Shown here piece after piece: positions 1 to 9,708 of a DNA stretch of 27,449 bases (position 1 is the stretch's first letter; every line of letters begins with the position of its first letter). The position numbers were made by a program, and so were the translations under genes. This stretch comes from a virus (lineage: Duplodnaviria > Caudoviricetes), in IMG/VR virus record IMGVR_UViG_3300020044_004996, positions 1 to 27,449 of that record; one strand, 5' to 3'. The notes under the pieces are model-generated. The model worked only from the letters and a program-made list of their open reading frames with translations, was not told the origin of the DNA and searched no databases.

Positions 1-2
1 TA

Positions 3-395
3 CTTTACAGGCGTGTTCGTGTTAATGAATGGGGGGATGAAACGTTAGAACCTTATAACTATCATTCGAATGATCGATTAGATTGGTTTTTAGATTTTAA
101 AATAACCGATGTTTTTGGATTACTTCCTGAATATATAAAATTTCGTGAAGGTATAATAGACCAATATAAAAACCTAATGACCGAAACATATGAAGATGAC
201 TTCGAAATCGATTCTAATATGGATGCCGAAGATTTGAAAGCAGCTGAAGAAGAAAAGAAACAACAAAAATGGGGATGGGAAACTTTAATATGGAATTTAT
301 GCAACGAAGACTTAACTAAGTTTCACGCTGTTTGCGACCTTCCGTTAATACTCGTGTTTAACTTTCTTGGAATGAAAAAAGAATTAAACGTTTAG
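3..395 (+). CDS. 5'-truncated phage protein, possibly a tail assembly chaperone; the only plus-strand gene judged real
   Basis: The frame of ORF 177..395 is open back to the window edge (LYRRVRVNEWGDETLEPY...). The C-terminus reads KWGWETLIWNLCNEDLTKF...FLGMKKEL. Its stop overlaps the convergent gene at 392-395. Function inferred from context only. Confidence 0.65.
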   Translation, partial: LYRRVRVNEWGDETLEPYNYHSNDRLDWFLDFKITDVFGLLPEYIKFREGIIDQYKNLMTETYEDDFEIDSNMDAEDLKAAEEEKKQQKWGWETLIWNLCNEDLTKFHAVCDLPLILVFNFLGMKKELNV

Positions 396-805
396 TATTC
401 CAATGCACCCCAAAATTCACCGAATAATGGGTTAAAGTCATAGATTACATTTTGCTTTTTACGAAGCATTCCCGCAACTTGAACAAGCGGATATTTACCC
501 GATAGCCATTCGATGTATTGTGCATACATTTCCGAGATTATCCCTTCGCTTTCTAAACGCTTGTTGAATTGTCTAACTAAATGATAAGGTTCGATTGTAA
601 TTGTTCCGTTATTTAAGAACCCGAAGTAATATGCAGCAAGTATTTCGATTCTTAAATTACCTTCCGTAGTGAATTTAGCATTAATACGGATTGATTCGTA
701 AAGCGTTCCCGTGTCGATTAGCGCATCTTCTTTGATTACACGCTTTAATGTTTGGGCGGCTTTGTTCCGTATCTTATACTTTAGTTTAAATTCTTTATCA
801 GGCAT
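392..805 (-). CDS. Putative neck/tail completion protein (HK97 gp10-like)
   Basis: DTGTLYESI motif resembles the DTGxLxxSI motif of HK97 gp10-like proteins; lies at the end of the tail operon. Confidence 0.55.
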   Translation of the reverse strand: MPDKEFKLKYKIRNKAAQTLKRVIKEDALIDTGTLYESIRINAKFTTEGNLRIEILAAYYFGFLNNGTITIEPYHLVRQFNKRLESEGIISEMYAQYIEWLSGKYPLVQVAGMLRKKQNVIYDFNPLFGEFWGALEY

Positions 806-820
806 ACAACTATATTATTT

Positions 821-1273
821 TTAATCTTCGTTTTGTTTAGGAACTTGGCAATCCGTGTAATTATTTATTGAACACGTTAATGTCATCATCCACCCCGCTG
901 CATAATCTAACAAGTCATTATTTAAAGGTGTCATAGTTGGAATTCCTACGATATCAAAATCGTAATCATTGGAATATAAAAACCAATTATAGAGATCGTT
1001 TAGAATTAAATGGCAGTCGCTTAAAATTACGTTGATGTTTGCTCGGTCTTTTTGTATAATATCAAAGCAATATATTTCTAAACTTATTTCGGTAGTAAAT
1101 CCCATTTCGCTCGGAATAGCATCTACAGGACAAATATAAACTAAAGGATATTTCTCGTCTTTTGTAGCGAAGTTTTCTAATTGCTCCCTAAAATCTGAAC
1201 CAACTTTTTTAACTTGTAAATGGCTATCGTAAAAGTCAATTATCTTATTTACTAAACTTATATAACTTATCAT
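821..1273 (-). CDS. Putative tail terminator/completion protein
   Basis: 150 aa with YPLVY, a central helix (ILSDCHLILNDL) and an AGW C-terminal strand; ATGA-coupled to the tape measure gene. Confidence 0.55.
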   Translation of the reverse strand: MISYISLVNKIIDFYDSHLQVKKVGSDFREQLENFATKDEKYPLVYICPVDAIPSEMGFTTEISLEIYCFDIIQKDRANINVILSDCHLILNDLYNWFLYSNDYDFDIVGIPTMTPLNNDLLDYAAGWMMTLTCSINNYTDCQVPKQNED

Positions 1274-3423
1274 AGTGTCGCGTTTTGATTTATTTTAGCT
1301 ATTTTATTTTGTGTCTTTGTTAGTTCAGTTTCACTAACTACGGCATTCACCGTTATTTCGGTTTGTTGACTTTGTGAACCACCTACATTATTCATATCGT
1401 TCCCTTGACCAAACAAATTAAATGAAGGTGTAGCCGTTCCCGTTGTCGAACTTGAAGATGCTTCAGGAATCGAAGGTTGGTTTCCACCACCACCACCGCC
1501 CGTAGACGTGAATTGTGTAGATGCTATTTTAGCGATGTTAGCCGCTGATGTTGCAGCCGTTGCTACAAGTGCAGCAATTCCACCTGGGCTTGGAACACCC
1601 AAGATTGTTAAAGGTGATGCAGCCAAAGAAGCCGTGATTGCTTTTCCTGCGTCAATAATTGCGCCCGATAACTGCATAGCTTTGTTAAACTTGAATTGTT
1701 TTTTAGCAAGTTCTTCTTCTTCTTTACTTCCCTTTTTAACCTTCGCCATTTTAGCACCGAAAGCAATATCACCTACTGCTTGAATTGCTTTTGTAGAATC
1801 TTCAGCAAGTTTCAACGCAGCGTTTGCCGTGTCTAAAGCGGCAGTTCGTTTTTTTACTTCAGCATCTAAAGCATCCTTCGCTTGTTTGTCTGCATATTTT
1901 TTAGCGATGTCCGCAAGTTCTTTTTCTTGTTGTTCTTTTAGAACTTTTGTATCTAATCCAAATTGTTCGGCTTTTGCTATTAACTGAAAATATTTAGAAT
2001 TAACCCCTTCAACTTCACGACTTTGTTCATTCATTACTAAAAGTCTATATTGCTCGTAGTAATCTTCTTCTGCTTGTTGTGCTGCTTCTTGGTTTGCTTT
2101 TACTAAATCATTTAACTTTTGTTGTTTAGCCTTTTCAGCGTCTATAACGGTTTGTTCTTGTTTCTTTAGGTCTACTTGTAATTGTTGGTTATAAAGTTCA
2201 GCTAAACGCGTTTTTTCCGCTGCCGTTAATGCTTCGTTTTTTTGTAAATCCTGCATTTGTCGAACGTACTTTTCATTTATCGTAGCTATCTCGCGTTCGT
2301 TGTCGTTTGCAATTAATGATATTTCTAAGTCTGCTATCGTTCGTTGTGCGTTTATCCTATCTTCAGCAAATTTCTTAGCCGCATCCGCTGCTTTTTTAGC
2401 TGCATCCGCATTCGCTTTAGCTATCTTTTCGTTATGTTGTTTTTGTTTGTCAAGTTCCTTTTGTTGTTCTTCGTCTTTTTTAACTGCATCTTCTGCGACA
2501 ATAGCGTTACGTTCCCTTCTTTGTGTTAAGATTGTATTTTTCTCTTCTTTGATTTGGTCTTTTAATTTCTTAATCGTCTTTTTGTCTGCGTCTTCACCAA
2601 GTTTTTGCTGGGCATCTAACGCTTTTTCAGCTGCACTTAATCTCGACTTTGCTTCCGAACCTATCGCTTTACTTTTTGCTAACTCTAAATCCAAAGTTTC
2701 TTGCCCGTATATTTTAGCCATTCGGATTTCATAATCGAAATTACCGACAATCGTTTCTTGACGTGCTTTAGAACTTTCCATTATTTGTTCATTCGCTGCT
2801 AACATCTTTTCGGCATTTTCTTCAGCGGCAAAACTTGTGATTCCTAACCAATCCGTTAAATCTTTAAAGCCTTGAATCAAATCGTAAATAGGTTTCATTA
2901 AAAAGTCAATAATCTTTTTTAGAATTCCCATTTTATTAAGTAACAAAAGAATCGCTACTACGATAGCCGTGATAACTGCAACTAATAAAAAGATAGGATT
3001 AGCAAGTAACGAAATACCAAAAGCGATAAACTGCTTCATAGCTACCCCAACCGCTGACCCTAATTGTAAAACAACTTGCCCGAATCCTTTGAATTGAGCG
3101 GCAAAATCAGCGGGGTTAATTCCTTTTAATGCCGTAGTTAATAGTTTAGCCTTTTCACCTGCTTCGGCAAAGTCTAATGACATTATAGAACTTTTAATAG
3201 AACCTAATCCATTACTGACTTGTTCGAACTTAGAACCCGAAGCAAAGATATTTACTTGCTCGTTTGCGTCTGCTAATTGGTCTTTTAATTCCCCTGCTCT
3301 TTGTGATAATCTTGCAATTGATTCGGAATCGGTGGCATTGGCTAATTCGCCTTTTAAATCACGCAATTCTTTTTTAATTGCACCTATGCCAGTTATATTT
3401 AATGGAACTTGTATTTCATTCAT
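1270..3423 (-). CDS. Tape measure protein
   Basis: 717 aa; long Ala/Lys/Glu/Gln coiled coils, hydrophobic ANPIFLLVAVITAIVVAI segment, Gly-rich C-terminal linker. Confidence 0.85.
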   Translation of the reverse strand: MNEIQVPLNITGIGAIKKELRDLKGELANATDSESIARLSQRAGELKDQLADANEQVNIFASGSKFEQVSNGLGSIKSSIMSLDFAEAGEKAKLLTTALKGINPADFAAQFKGFGQVVLQLGSAVGVAMKQFIAFGISLLANPIFLLVAVITAIVVAILLLLNKMGILKKIIDFLMKPIYDLIQGFKDLTDWLGITSFAAEENAEKMLAANEQIMESSKARQETIVGNFDYEIRMAKIYGQETLDLELAKSKAIGSEAKSRLSAAEKALDAQQKLGEDADKKTIKKLKDQIKEEKNTILTQRRERNAIVAEDAVKKDEEQQKELDKQKQHNEKIAKANADAAKKAADAAKKFAEDRINAQRTIADLEISLIANDNEREIATINEKYVRQMQDLQKNEALTAAEKTRLAELYNQQLQVDLKKQEQTVIDAEKAKQQKLNDLVKANQEAAQQAEEDYYEQYRLLVMNEQSREVEGVNSKYFQLIAKAEQFGLDTKVLKEQQEKELADIAKKYADKQAKDALDAEVKKRTAALDTANAALKLAEDSTKAIQAVGDIAFGAKMAKVKKGSKEEEELAKKQFKFNKAMQLSGAIIDAGKAITASLAASPLTILGVPSPGGIAALVATAATSAANIAKIASTQFTSTGGGGGGNQPSIPEASSSSTTGTATPSFNLFGQGNDMNNVGGSQSQQTEITVNAVVSETELTKTQNKIAKINQNATL

Positions 3424-3427
3424 ATCG

Positions 3428-6181
3428 TTATGGGTAAACTCTTATTTCTATTGTTGTGTAATCTAAAACATTATCTATAAATGTGTTCGTGTTATCTTTG
3501 GTAACTATGTTAATTGTATCGTCACTTGCTCTTAGCATAAAACTAATATGACTTCCCGTTCCGCTATAAAAATTTTGGAATACAATATACGTTTTTAATT
3601 GTGGGAATGCACCTATTAACGTTCCTAAATAATCACCCGCTGAAGTTCGTGTCCAAACAATATCCCCTATCGTGTTTTCTAAAATCTCTAATGTAGGGTC
3701 TGCCGTTCCTGTTTGACTTATTAATGCTACATACTTTTGATAGGTAGGTAACATTTCACTAACCGAACGCCCGTTAATTGTTTCAGTTACCCGTAAATTA
3801 TTTGTAGTTAATCCATCTTCGGTTACGCTATTGTTATCACCGATAACCATTCCACGTAAACCTGGTGCAACTACATTCCCATTACCAAAGATTTGAAAGT
3901 TACCGAAACTTAAATTGACATTTGATAAAACGTTGTTGAAGTTTATAACTCCACCTGTAGCTAATGACGTAGTAGGGTCACCAACATAAATCGGTGCAGC
4001 TATCGGAAAGTTTACTAAATTAATTTCAGTATCTACGCTTATTAATTCGACTTTTGTTAGAACTTCATCGTTAGCGTTATAATCAATCACCTTGTTTATA
4101 TTCCACCAACTATTATCTATTCTTATTTTGTCGTTTAATTTTAGCGTTTGTATATCTGCTTCGTTTAATAGGAATGAAGCGATTAACATTTTACCGACAT
4201 TAATTTGATTAACCGTTCTTCGCCAATATAAGTTGTAAAGATTGTTGTTTGTTAATACGCTCGTTTGATAAAAGTAATAATCACAAACACCGAAGTTAAT
4301 ATCGAACGTTGGAGTTAACGCATCGTTAAAGTGACCCGTTTGCGGATAACTTGTTAATCCCGTTGTTCCTGTAGTTCCTTGCGTATAAATGTTAAAAGCT
4401 TGACACGTTTGTAACCCTGCATCGTATAGTATTCTTACGTTCGTGTTTGCGGCTATTCCATTAATCATTGGTAAATACGCATCGAACAAAGTTTTTCCTA
4501 CAGGGGTAGGGGAAAATAAAAGCTCTTTTGTGTCCGTGTCTTTAACGTATTCGTTATCGAAAGTATATTCGATTTGTCCGTAAGTTTCCGCTGTAGCTTG
4601 TGTGTAAACTACGTTCGGTGAATCCGTATCGGGTTTATATGTTAGCTTTAATTTCTTCTTGCTTAAATCGGGTAAGAATATTAATTCTTGTTCGATGTTC
4701 TTCGCAAGTTTTGTCGACCAATCTTTTTCCGCTCCCGAATCGTACCATTCATCCCGATGAACTAATATAAGTTCGTTAGGTTGGTTCGTGTTTGGATATG
4801 CGTAAAGATTATACATTTGAAATATCGCCTTAACGAAATCCGATTGTTTAATCTTTTGTGGGATGAATTGATTAACGATTTGAACACCCGTTAATATCTG
4901 AATGTTATTTGTTGGAACAATATCTACACCTAACGAAGTTAAATCCGCTTGAACGTTAACTTGTGCATCTGCAAGAGTTACCGTGTTTTGCCAAAAAGAT
5001 GGAATTGTTACCCCTGCGATTACGTTTAAATTAACTACATTAATTCCTACATTAATCGTTATTATATCACCCGTGTTTATGTTTATTGGAATTGGGTAAG
5101 TCGTAGTTCCTGAAGCGCTTAATATTGTCGATGTTCCTACAGGGTAAACCGCTGCATTTGGAATAGTTACCGAATCAATACTACCTATCGAGTTTACTCC
5201 TACTCCATTTATAAATAATTTAAAAACTAAATTGTATTTATAACTTCCTATCGCTAAACTAACGGGGTTTACTTCTAAGTTATCTAATAAGATATTAAAA
5301 GCATAATTGAAACTAAAATTATACGTTTGACCTTGTGCCGTGTCCGTGTTAAATGGCGCAGTATATTCACCCGTTGCAGGATTAAAAATACTTTGTGCGT
5401 CAAGCGTTTCCGTCCAGGTAGCAACGTTCTGAGTAAAGGATTGATTTATACCTATATTCGGTTGTGTGTAAGTTGTGGTAAAAGTAGTGTCCGCTGTTAC
5501 CCTGTAATCCGTGTAATCAAAGTTATTTACATCGCCATTATAAGGAATCAATAATTTATCGAAGTGTGCAGCCGTTAAACTTGACCACGAATAAGTAAAT
5601 CCACTATTTGAAAATATCCTATCAAAATAAGACTTAGCGTAAATAGCAGGCTTGAACTGATTAATCGTATAATTCGGAGTGTCATTATACGGCATCACAT
5701 ATTTATAATGGTCTGCTTGTGTATGTGACCAACTATTCGTAATAGCCGAAATATCAAACGTGTGGTCTAAATCGCTAAAGTCTAAATCGGTTAATTCTAA
5801 ATTCGTTATAGCCGTGTAGAATTCCGCTTGTGAATCACGAATCAAAACTTCGTATTCTAATCCTTGTTCATATGCATCCGTTAATTGAACTTTCTTTACA
5901 TTAACTAACTGAAGTAACGCATCGGTTACGATAGGAATTCCATTCTGCAAAATAGAACATCTTGTTAACGTGTTTATGTTAAATGTTCCCTCGCTTATAT
6001 TGACATCGTAATAGTTGTTTAAAAGTAGGTTATTATTCTTCGTACCACTTAGTGTTATAGACTTCGAGAAAGTTCCCTTACGTTGCGTTAAATCACGAAT
6101 ATCGCCTACTTGAAAATTCAAAGGTAGGTTAGTTCCTTCTTTGACATCTAAATAACCCGTTTCAATTTGTATCCTAACCAT
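3428..6181 (-). CDS. Large tail/baseplate structural protein
   Basis: 917 aa; N-terminal FSKSITLSGTKNNN motif typical of Bacteroidota siphovirus tail proteins; beta-rich; adjacent to the tape measure gene. Confidence 0.7.
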   Translation of the reverse strand: MVRIQIETGYLDVKEGTNLPLNFQVGDIRDLTQRKGTFSKSITLSGTKNNNLLLNNYYDVNISEGTFNINTLTRCSILQNGIPIVTDALLQLVNVKKVQLTDAYEQGLEYEVLIRDSQAEFYTAITNLELTDLDFSDLDHTFDISAITNSWSHTQADHYKYVMPYNDTPNYTINQFKPAIYAKSYFDRIFSNSGFTYSWSSLTAAHFDKLLIPYNGDVNNFDYTDYRVTADTTFTTTYTQPNIGINQSFTQNVATWTETLDAQSIFNPATGEYTAPFNTDTAQGQTYNFSFNYAFNILLDNLEVNPVSLAIGSYKYNLVFKLFINGVGVNSIGSIDSVTIPNAAVYPVGTSTILSASGTTTYPIPININTGDIITINVGINVVNLNVIAGVTIPSFWQNTVTLADAQVNVQADLTSLGVDIVPTNNIQILTGVQIVNQFIPQKIKQSDFVKAIFQMYNLYAYPNTNQPNELILVHRDEWYDSGAEKDWSTKLAKNIEQELIFLPDLSKKKLKLTYKPDTDSPNVVYTQATAETYGQIEYTFDNEYVKDTDTKELLFSPTPVGKTLFDAYLPMINGIAANTNVRILYDAGLQTCQAFNIYTQGTTGTTGLTSYPQTGHFNDALTPTFDINFGVCDYYFYQTSVLTNNNLYNLYWRRTVNQINVGKMLIASFLLNEADIQTLKLNDKIRIDNSWWNINKVIDYNANDEVLTKVELISVDTEINLVNFPIAAPIYVGDPTTSLATGGVINFNNVLSNVNLSFGNFQIFGNGNVVAPGLRGMVIGDNNSVTEDGLTTNNLRVTETINGRSVSEMLPTYQKYVALISQTGTADPTLEILENTIGDIVWTRTSAGDYLGTLIGAFPQLKTYIVFQNFYSGTGSHISFMLRASDDTINIVTKDNTNTFIDNVLDYTTIEIRVYP

Positions 6182-7670
6182 TTACGTTATCTTGATTTGC
6201 TAAACGAACTACTATAGAATGCTTAATTAAGTTTTTGTTTCTTTGTTGGAAAACTTCGTAACCGGTGTTTGTGACGATTACGGGTTGATATTCGGTTGAT
6301 TCAGGAATCCTTAACGGGCATCCGCTTTCATCTTCGGGATATAACCAACTTTCCGTGTTCGTGTAAGATGCTAACTTTAAATAAACTTGTGGCGATGTTA
6401 TCAATTCTTCGAAGTATCGGTTCATTTCTTCAGTCATCCAATTCGTATTTAATTCAATCGTCTTTTTAACGTTTATATTGAAAGTCTTAAACCCATCTTC
6501 TAAAGTTGAATAACTCCATTGGTCGGGTGTTAAACTCGTATTTACGAACCCTGTAACATCTTTGTTATATTCATCCCGTGTAACTTCGCCTCGTTCGTAA
6601 TTCTTTAACTGAAAAGCGAATGAACTAAACGAACCTAACCTATCTAAAAACAAACAATGATATTCAGATATTTGAACCCGTGTATCTAATTGAATATTAT
6701 ATCTTGTGCTTAATGGAGCGAATGTTACTAAATCGTTTGAGTAATAAAAAGAATATGAAATAGTATCCGTTTTTATTAAAGGTAAAGTTGACGCACCTAT
6801 CGGAGTTAACACACCATAGTTATTTGGCCCGACAGGAATTTGATTTATCGTAACTGCTCCCGTGATTGATTTGTAAAATGCTTCCCCGTTGCTATTGGCA
6901 AAAATTAAATAATCGGGTGTTCCCGTAGGATTTAACGCATTCAAATATATATCTTGACCTAACGTACTATAAAACGTTGTAGGTTGGTTTGTAAGAAGTC
7001 TTTTCGTGTTTGCGGTTAAACTGAAATCCGTATAATCATAAACAGGAAAATCTAACCATCTGAACACCCCGTTAAAAACGATAGCTTGGTATAAAGAACC
7101 CGTGACATATGTTTTACGATTGTCTGCGTAAGTAATAGTTCCGTTTATCGTTGCATCCGTTACAAGTGACCACAAAGAATTTACTACAATATAAGAACCC
7201 GTTGCACTTAGCACCGTGAACAAACCTTCTAAGTATGGATTTGCTACCCCGTTATCATCTTGGATAATATTTATTTGGTCGCCTGCTACAAAGCTATTCG
7301 ATACGTTTATTCTTACGTTACCCGAACTATCTACTAACGTGCTTGTATAATTTACTTGTGTTGTGTATTCCTCTCCTGTTTCTAAACGATACGTGTAATA
7401 TGAATTCGTTGCCGGGTAAAAACTTGTTGAAGTAGTATCTAAATCAAACGTCACATAATTACTTAGCAACTTAGATAAATCTTGTTCACCATAACCCGTT
7501 CCGTATGTCGGCAAAAGTCTATATTCGGCAATTATGTTACTCGACCCATCTTTAACTTTGAAGACATATCTAAAGCCTTCATAGTTTTTTATGTTAGAAT
7601 CTATAATCCATTTAACGGGATTATAAGCGGGGGTAATATCTTGCGGACGTGCTATTAAAGTTAGTGCCAT
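6174..7670 (-). CDS. Tail structural protein (distal-tail-like)
   Basis: 498 aa, Thr/Ser/Tyr-rich, FLDRLGSFSSFAF and EELITSPQVY motifs; coupled to flanking tail genes. Confidence 0.65.
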   Translation of the reverse strand: MALTLIARPQDITPAYNPVKWIIDSNIKNYEGFRYVFKVKDGSSNIIAEYRLLPTYGTGYGEQDLSKLLSNYVTFDLDTTSTSFYPATNSYYTYRLETGEEYTTQVNYTSTLVDSSGNVRINVSNSFVAGDQINIIQDDNGVANPYLEGLFTVLSATGSYIVVNSLWSLVTDATINGTITYADNRKTYVTGSLYQAIVFNGVFRWLDFPVYDYTDFSLTANTKRLLTNQPTTFYSTLGQDIYLNALNPTGTPDYLIFANSNGEAFYKSITGAVTINQIPVGPNNYGVLTPIGASTLPLIKTDTISYSFYYSNDLVTFAPLSTRYNIQLDTRVQISEYHCLFLDRLGSFSSFAFQLKNYERGEVTRDEYNKDVTGFVNTSLTPDQWSYSTLEDGFKTFNINVKKTIELNTNWMTEEMNRYFEELITSPQVYLKLASYTNTESWLYPEDESGCPLRIPESTEYQPVIVTNTGYEVFQQRNKNLIKHSIVVRLANQDNVNG

Positions 7671-7906
7671 TATACTTCGAATTGTTCAATCCATTTATCT
7701 ACCATTGTCGGAATGTCATCATCATCCCAAGAATATTCATAAGGCATATCGTTTGCCGTTACTCCAAACGTTGCAGTATCCGTAGTCAATAAAATATCTA
7801 CACTTAAAAGCTTATCGATTGCTTTATCTTGAATCGTGTTTAAGTCGATTGTAATAGTCGGGTTAACTATTTCTACTTTGAATTGTTCGAATTTATATAT
7901 TGCCAT
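7670..7906 (-). CDS. Hypothetical protein, possible fibre-associated chaperone
   Basis: 78 aa acidic ORF within the tail operon, TAATG-coupled to the next gene. Confidence 0.6.
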   Translation of the reverse strand: MAIYKFEQFKVEIVNPTITIDLNTIQDKAIDKLLSVDILLTTDTATFGVTANDMPYEYSWDDDDIPTMVDKWIEQFEV

Positions 7907-7910
7907 AATT

Positions 7911-8525
7911 TTATGTTAAGGTTGTTCCTGTTACCGTGAATGTTCTAACGGGGAAATAAGTATAAGCTACTGATGTTGTTTTAGCTGCTACATTCATTAG
8001 CCCTATATTATTTAAAATATACGCTTGTGTTGTTGCTGCTAAATTTGTTGTTGAACTCCAATAAACCCTACCCGATGAAGATAAATTTAAAGGAGAATAG
8101 TTTAACAAATTGTTTTGATCATTAGCAAAATTAAGCAAGTTAAATAGCTCTTTCATATTTACTAACCTCCAACCACTTGTAAATGTTCCAACTGAAAAAG
8201 CAAGTGAATTATCAATAGCTTGATTCCAAGTATTACCCGTAGCAATTGCTGCTCGTGAAAGACCTAACACGTTTGTTCCGTTGTATGTCGACCAATCTAT
8301 TACGATATTGTTTGTGTAGGTTTGTGTTCCTAATTCTGAAGTAAAACGATTCGTGTTTCCGAATGGATTGTTTTCAGCTAACGTAGTAAAAGACGTTAAA
8401 CGACCTGCTTCGATATCGCCATCATCACCCGTTCGATAAGACGTTGTTTGACCCGATTTTAATAATTGAGCAGTTGACCGACTTACTGCCGTAGCTTTAG
8501 CTTTTATGTAAATATCGTTTATCAT
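7911..8525 (-). CDS. DUF1566/Lcl C-terminal (C-type lectin-like) domain protein, putative receptor-binding protein
   Basis: Motifs TWNQA, GWRLVNMKELFNLL, YWSSTT and PVR match the DUF1566 pattern. Confidence 0.75.
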   Translation of the reverse strand: MINDIYIKAKATAVSRSTAQLLKSGQTTSYRTGDDGDIEAGRLTSFTTLAENNPFGNTNRFTSELGTQTYTNNIVIDWSTYNGTNVLGLSRAAIATGNTWNQAIDNSLAFSVGTFTSGWRLVNMKELFNLLNFANDQNNLLNYSPLNLSSSGRVYWSSTTNLAATTQAYILNNIGLMNVAAKTTSVAYTYFPVRTFTVTGTTLT

Positions 8526-9679
8526 AATCTCGTTACATTCAAGGTTACTACCGATGCCGTATTAGCCGTTATTGTTACCCTACTTCCCGAAGCTATCGTA
8601 TTCCCAAGTGTATAAGCTACCCCGTCATCTTGAATCGTAATAGTCGGAGCGTTTAAAATATTCGTAACCGAATCAATAGACAAATTATAAGGTGCATAAA
8701 AGTCAGTCGTTAACGCATCGATTAATTCTATTGTGTATTTTACAGGAACGTTCAACGTATGAGTAGAACCAACCGAAGACCAATTTATAACACTACCCGA
8801 TTGACCTACAGCAAAGTTTTGAACTTGGTCAGTTAAACCATTCAATGCAGTTAAACCCGTTGTGAATGTCGTAATGACTTGGCAAAGGTGATTATCTTCA
8901 GTATGTAATGTTATTGTTCGTCCTGCCGTAGTTACGTAAACTCGAATAGCTAATCTATCCGTAGCTACTAAAATAGTTTCAGGAACACTTAAAGTTGTAA
9001 AATATGCATCGATTGAAGTTCCACCCGTTATGATTTCGGGATTACTTGAATTCGAAGCCAATAGCGTAAATGTAGTTCCATTGTATTTATAAAGTTCTGC
9101 ATAAAACGAAGGTGTACTTCCGCTACTTGAAGCCGAAAAATAAAATTCTAAATTCCAATTTCCGCCCGGTATCTTTAATAAATTTGGGTCATTCGCATCC
9201 GTTAAGAATGAAGCGATGTAACCATTACCTGCTCCATTGGTACGAATGAAATCAGTTCCCGCTCCTAATATCGGGGTCTTATTCATTTCGTAATAAGTAA
9301 CACCACCTATTGTTCCTTGATTTACCGAGCCATTAAGATAGTAACTTGTTGAAGCACCACCACCCGAAACGGAAGGGAAATTAGCTAATGAACCATCACC
9401 ACGAACATATTGACTTACCACCCCTGCGCCTGTAACTGCTAATGTTCCTGAAGTTGTTACAGGACTTCCACTAACTGAAAATGCTGAAGGCATAGTTAAA
9501 CCTACGCTTGTTACCGTTCCACCTGCACCGCTCGCAGCATCAATTATTTCTTGACCCGTTATTGATTTCGTTTGATACGTTCCGCTTACTAATTCACTAA
9601 TCTCTATTAAATCCGTAGAAGCTAAGTTAGCACCCTTCGGGGTCATTTGACTAATCTTTTGTCTTTCTCGATATGCCAT
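8522..9679 (-). CDS. Tail fibre-like structural protein
   Basis: 385 aa Gly/Ser/Thr-rich; GTVTSVGLTMPSAFSVSGSPVTTSGTLAVT and QYVRGDGSL segments typical of phage fibres. Confidence 0.65.
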   Translation of the reverse strand: MAYRERQKISQMTPKGANLASTDLIEISELVSGTYQTKSITGQEIIDAASGAGGTVTSVGLTMPSAFSVSGSPVTTSGTLAVTGAGVVSQYVRGDGSLANFPSVSGGGASTSYYLNGSVNQGTIGGVTYYEMNKTPILGAGTDFIRTNGAGNGYIASFLTDANDPNLLKIPGGNWNLEFYFSASSSGSTPSFYAELYKYNGTTFTLLASNSSNPEIITGGTSIDAYFTTLSVPETILVATDRLAIRVYVTTAGRTITLHTEDNHLCQVITTFTTGLTALNGLTDQVQNFAVGQSGSVINWSSVGSTHTLNVPVKYTIELIDALTTDFYAPYNLSIDSVTNILNAPTITIQDDGVAYTLGNTIASGSRVTITANTASVVTLNVTRL

Positions 9680-9708
9680 AACAATATTAAGTTTTTTCGT
9701 GTTTATGT

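Noticed and set aside
62-304. Minus-strand 80 aa ORF
   Set aside because: Antisense to the longer open plus-strand frame 3..395.
1508-2734. Plus-strand ORFs 1508..1783, 2300..2734 and 2344..2529
   Set aside because: Antisense shadows of the tape measure gene, with mirror composition (Ser/Phe/Ala/Cys-rich) and no own signals.
7911-8100. A complete DGR
   Set aside because: No reverse transcriptase or template repeat is visible in the window.
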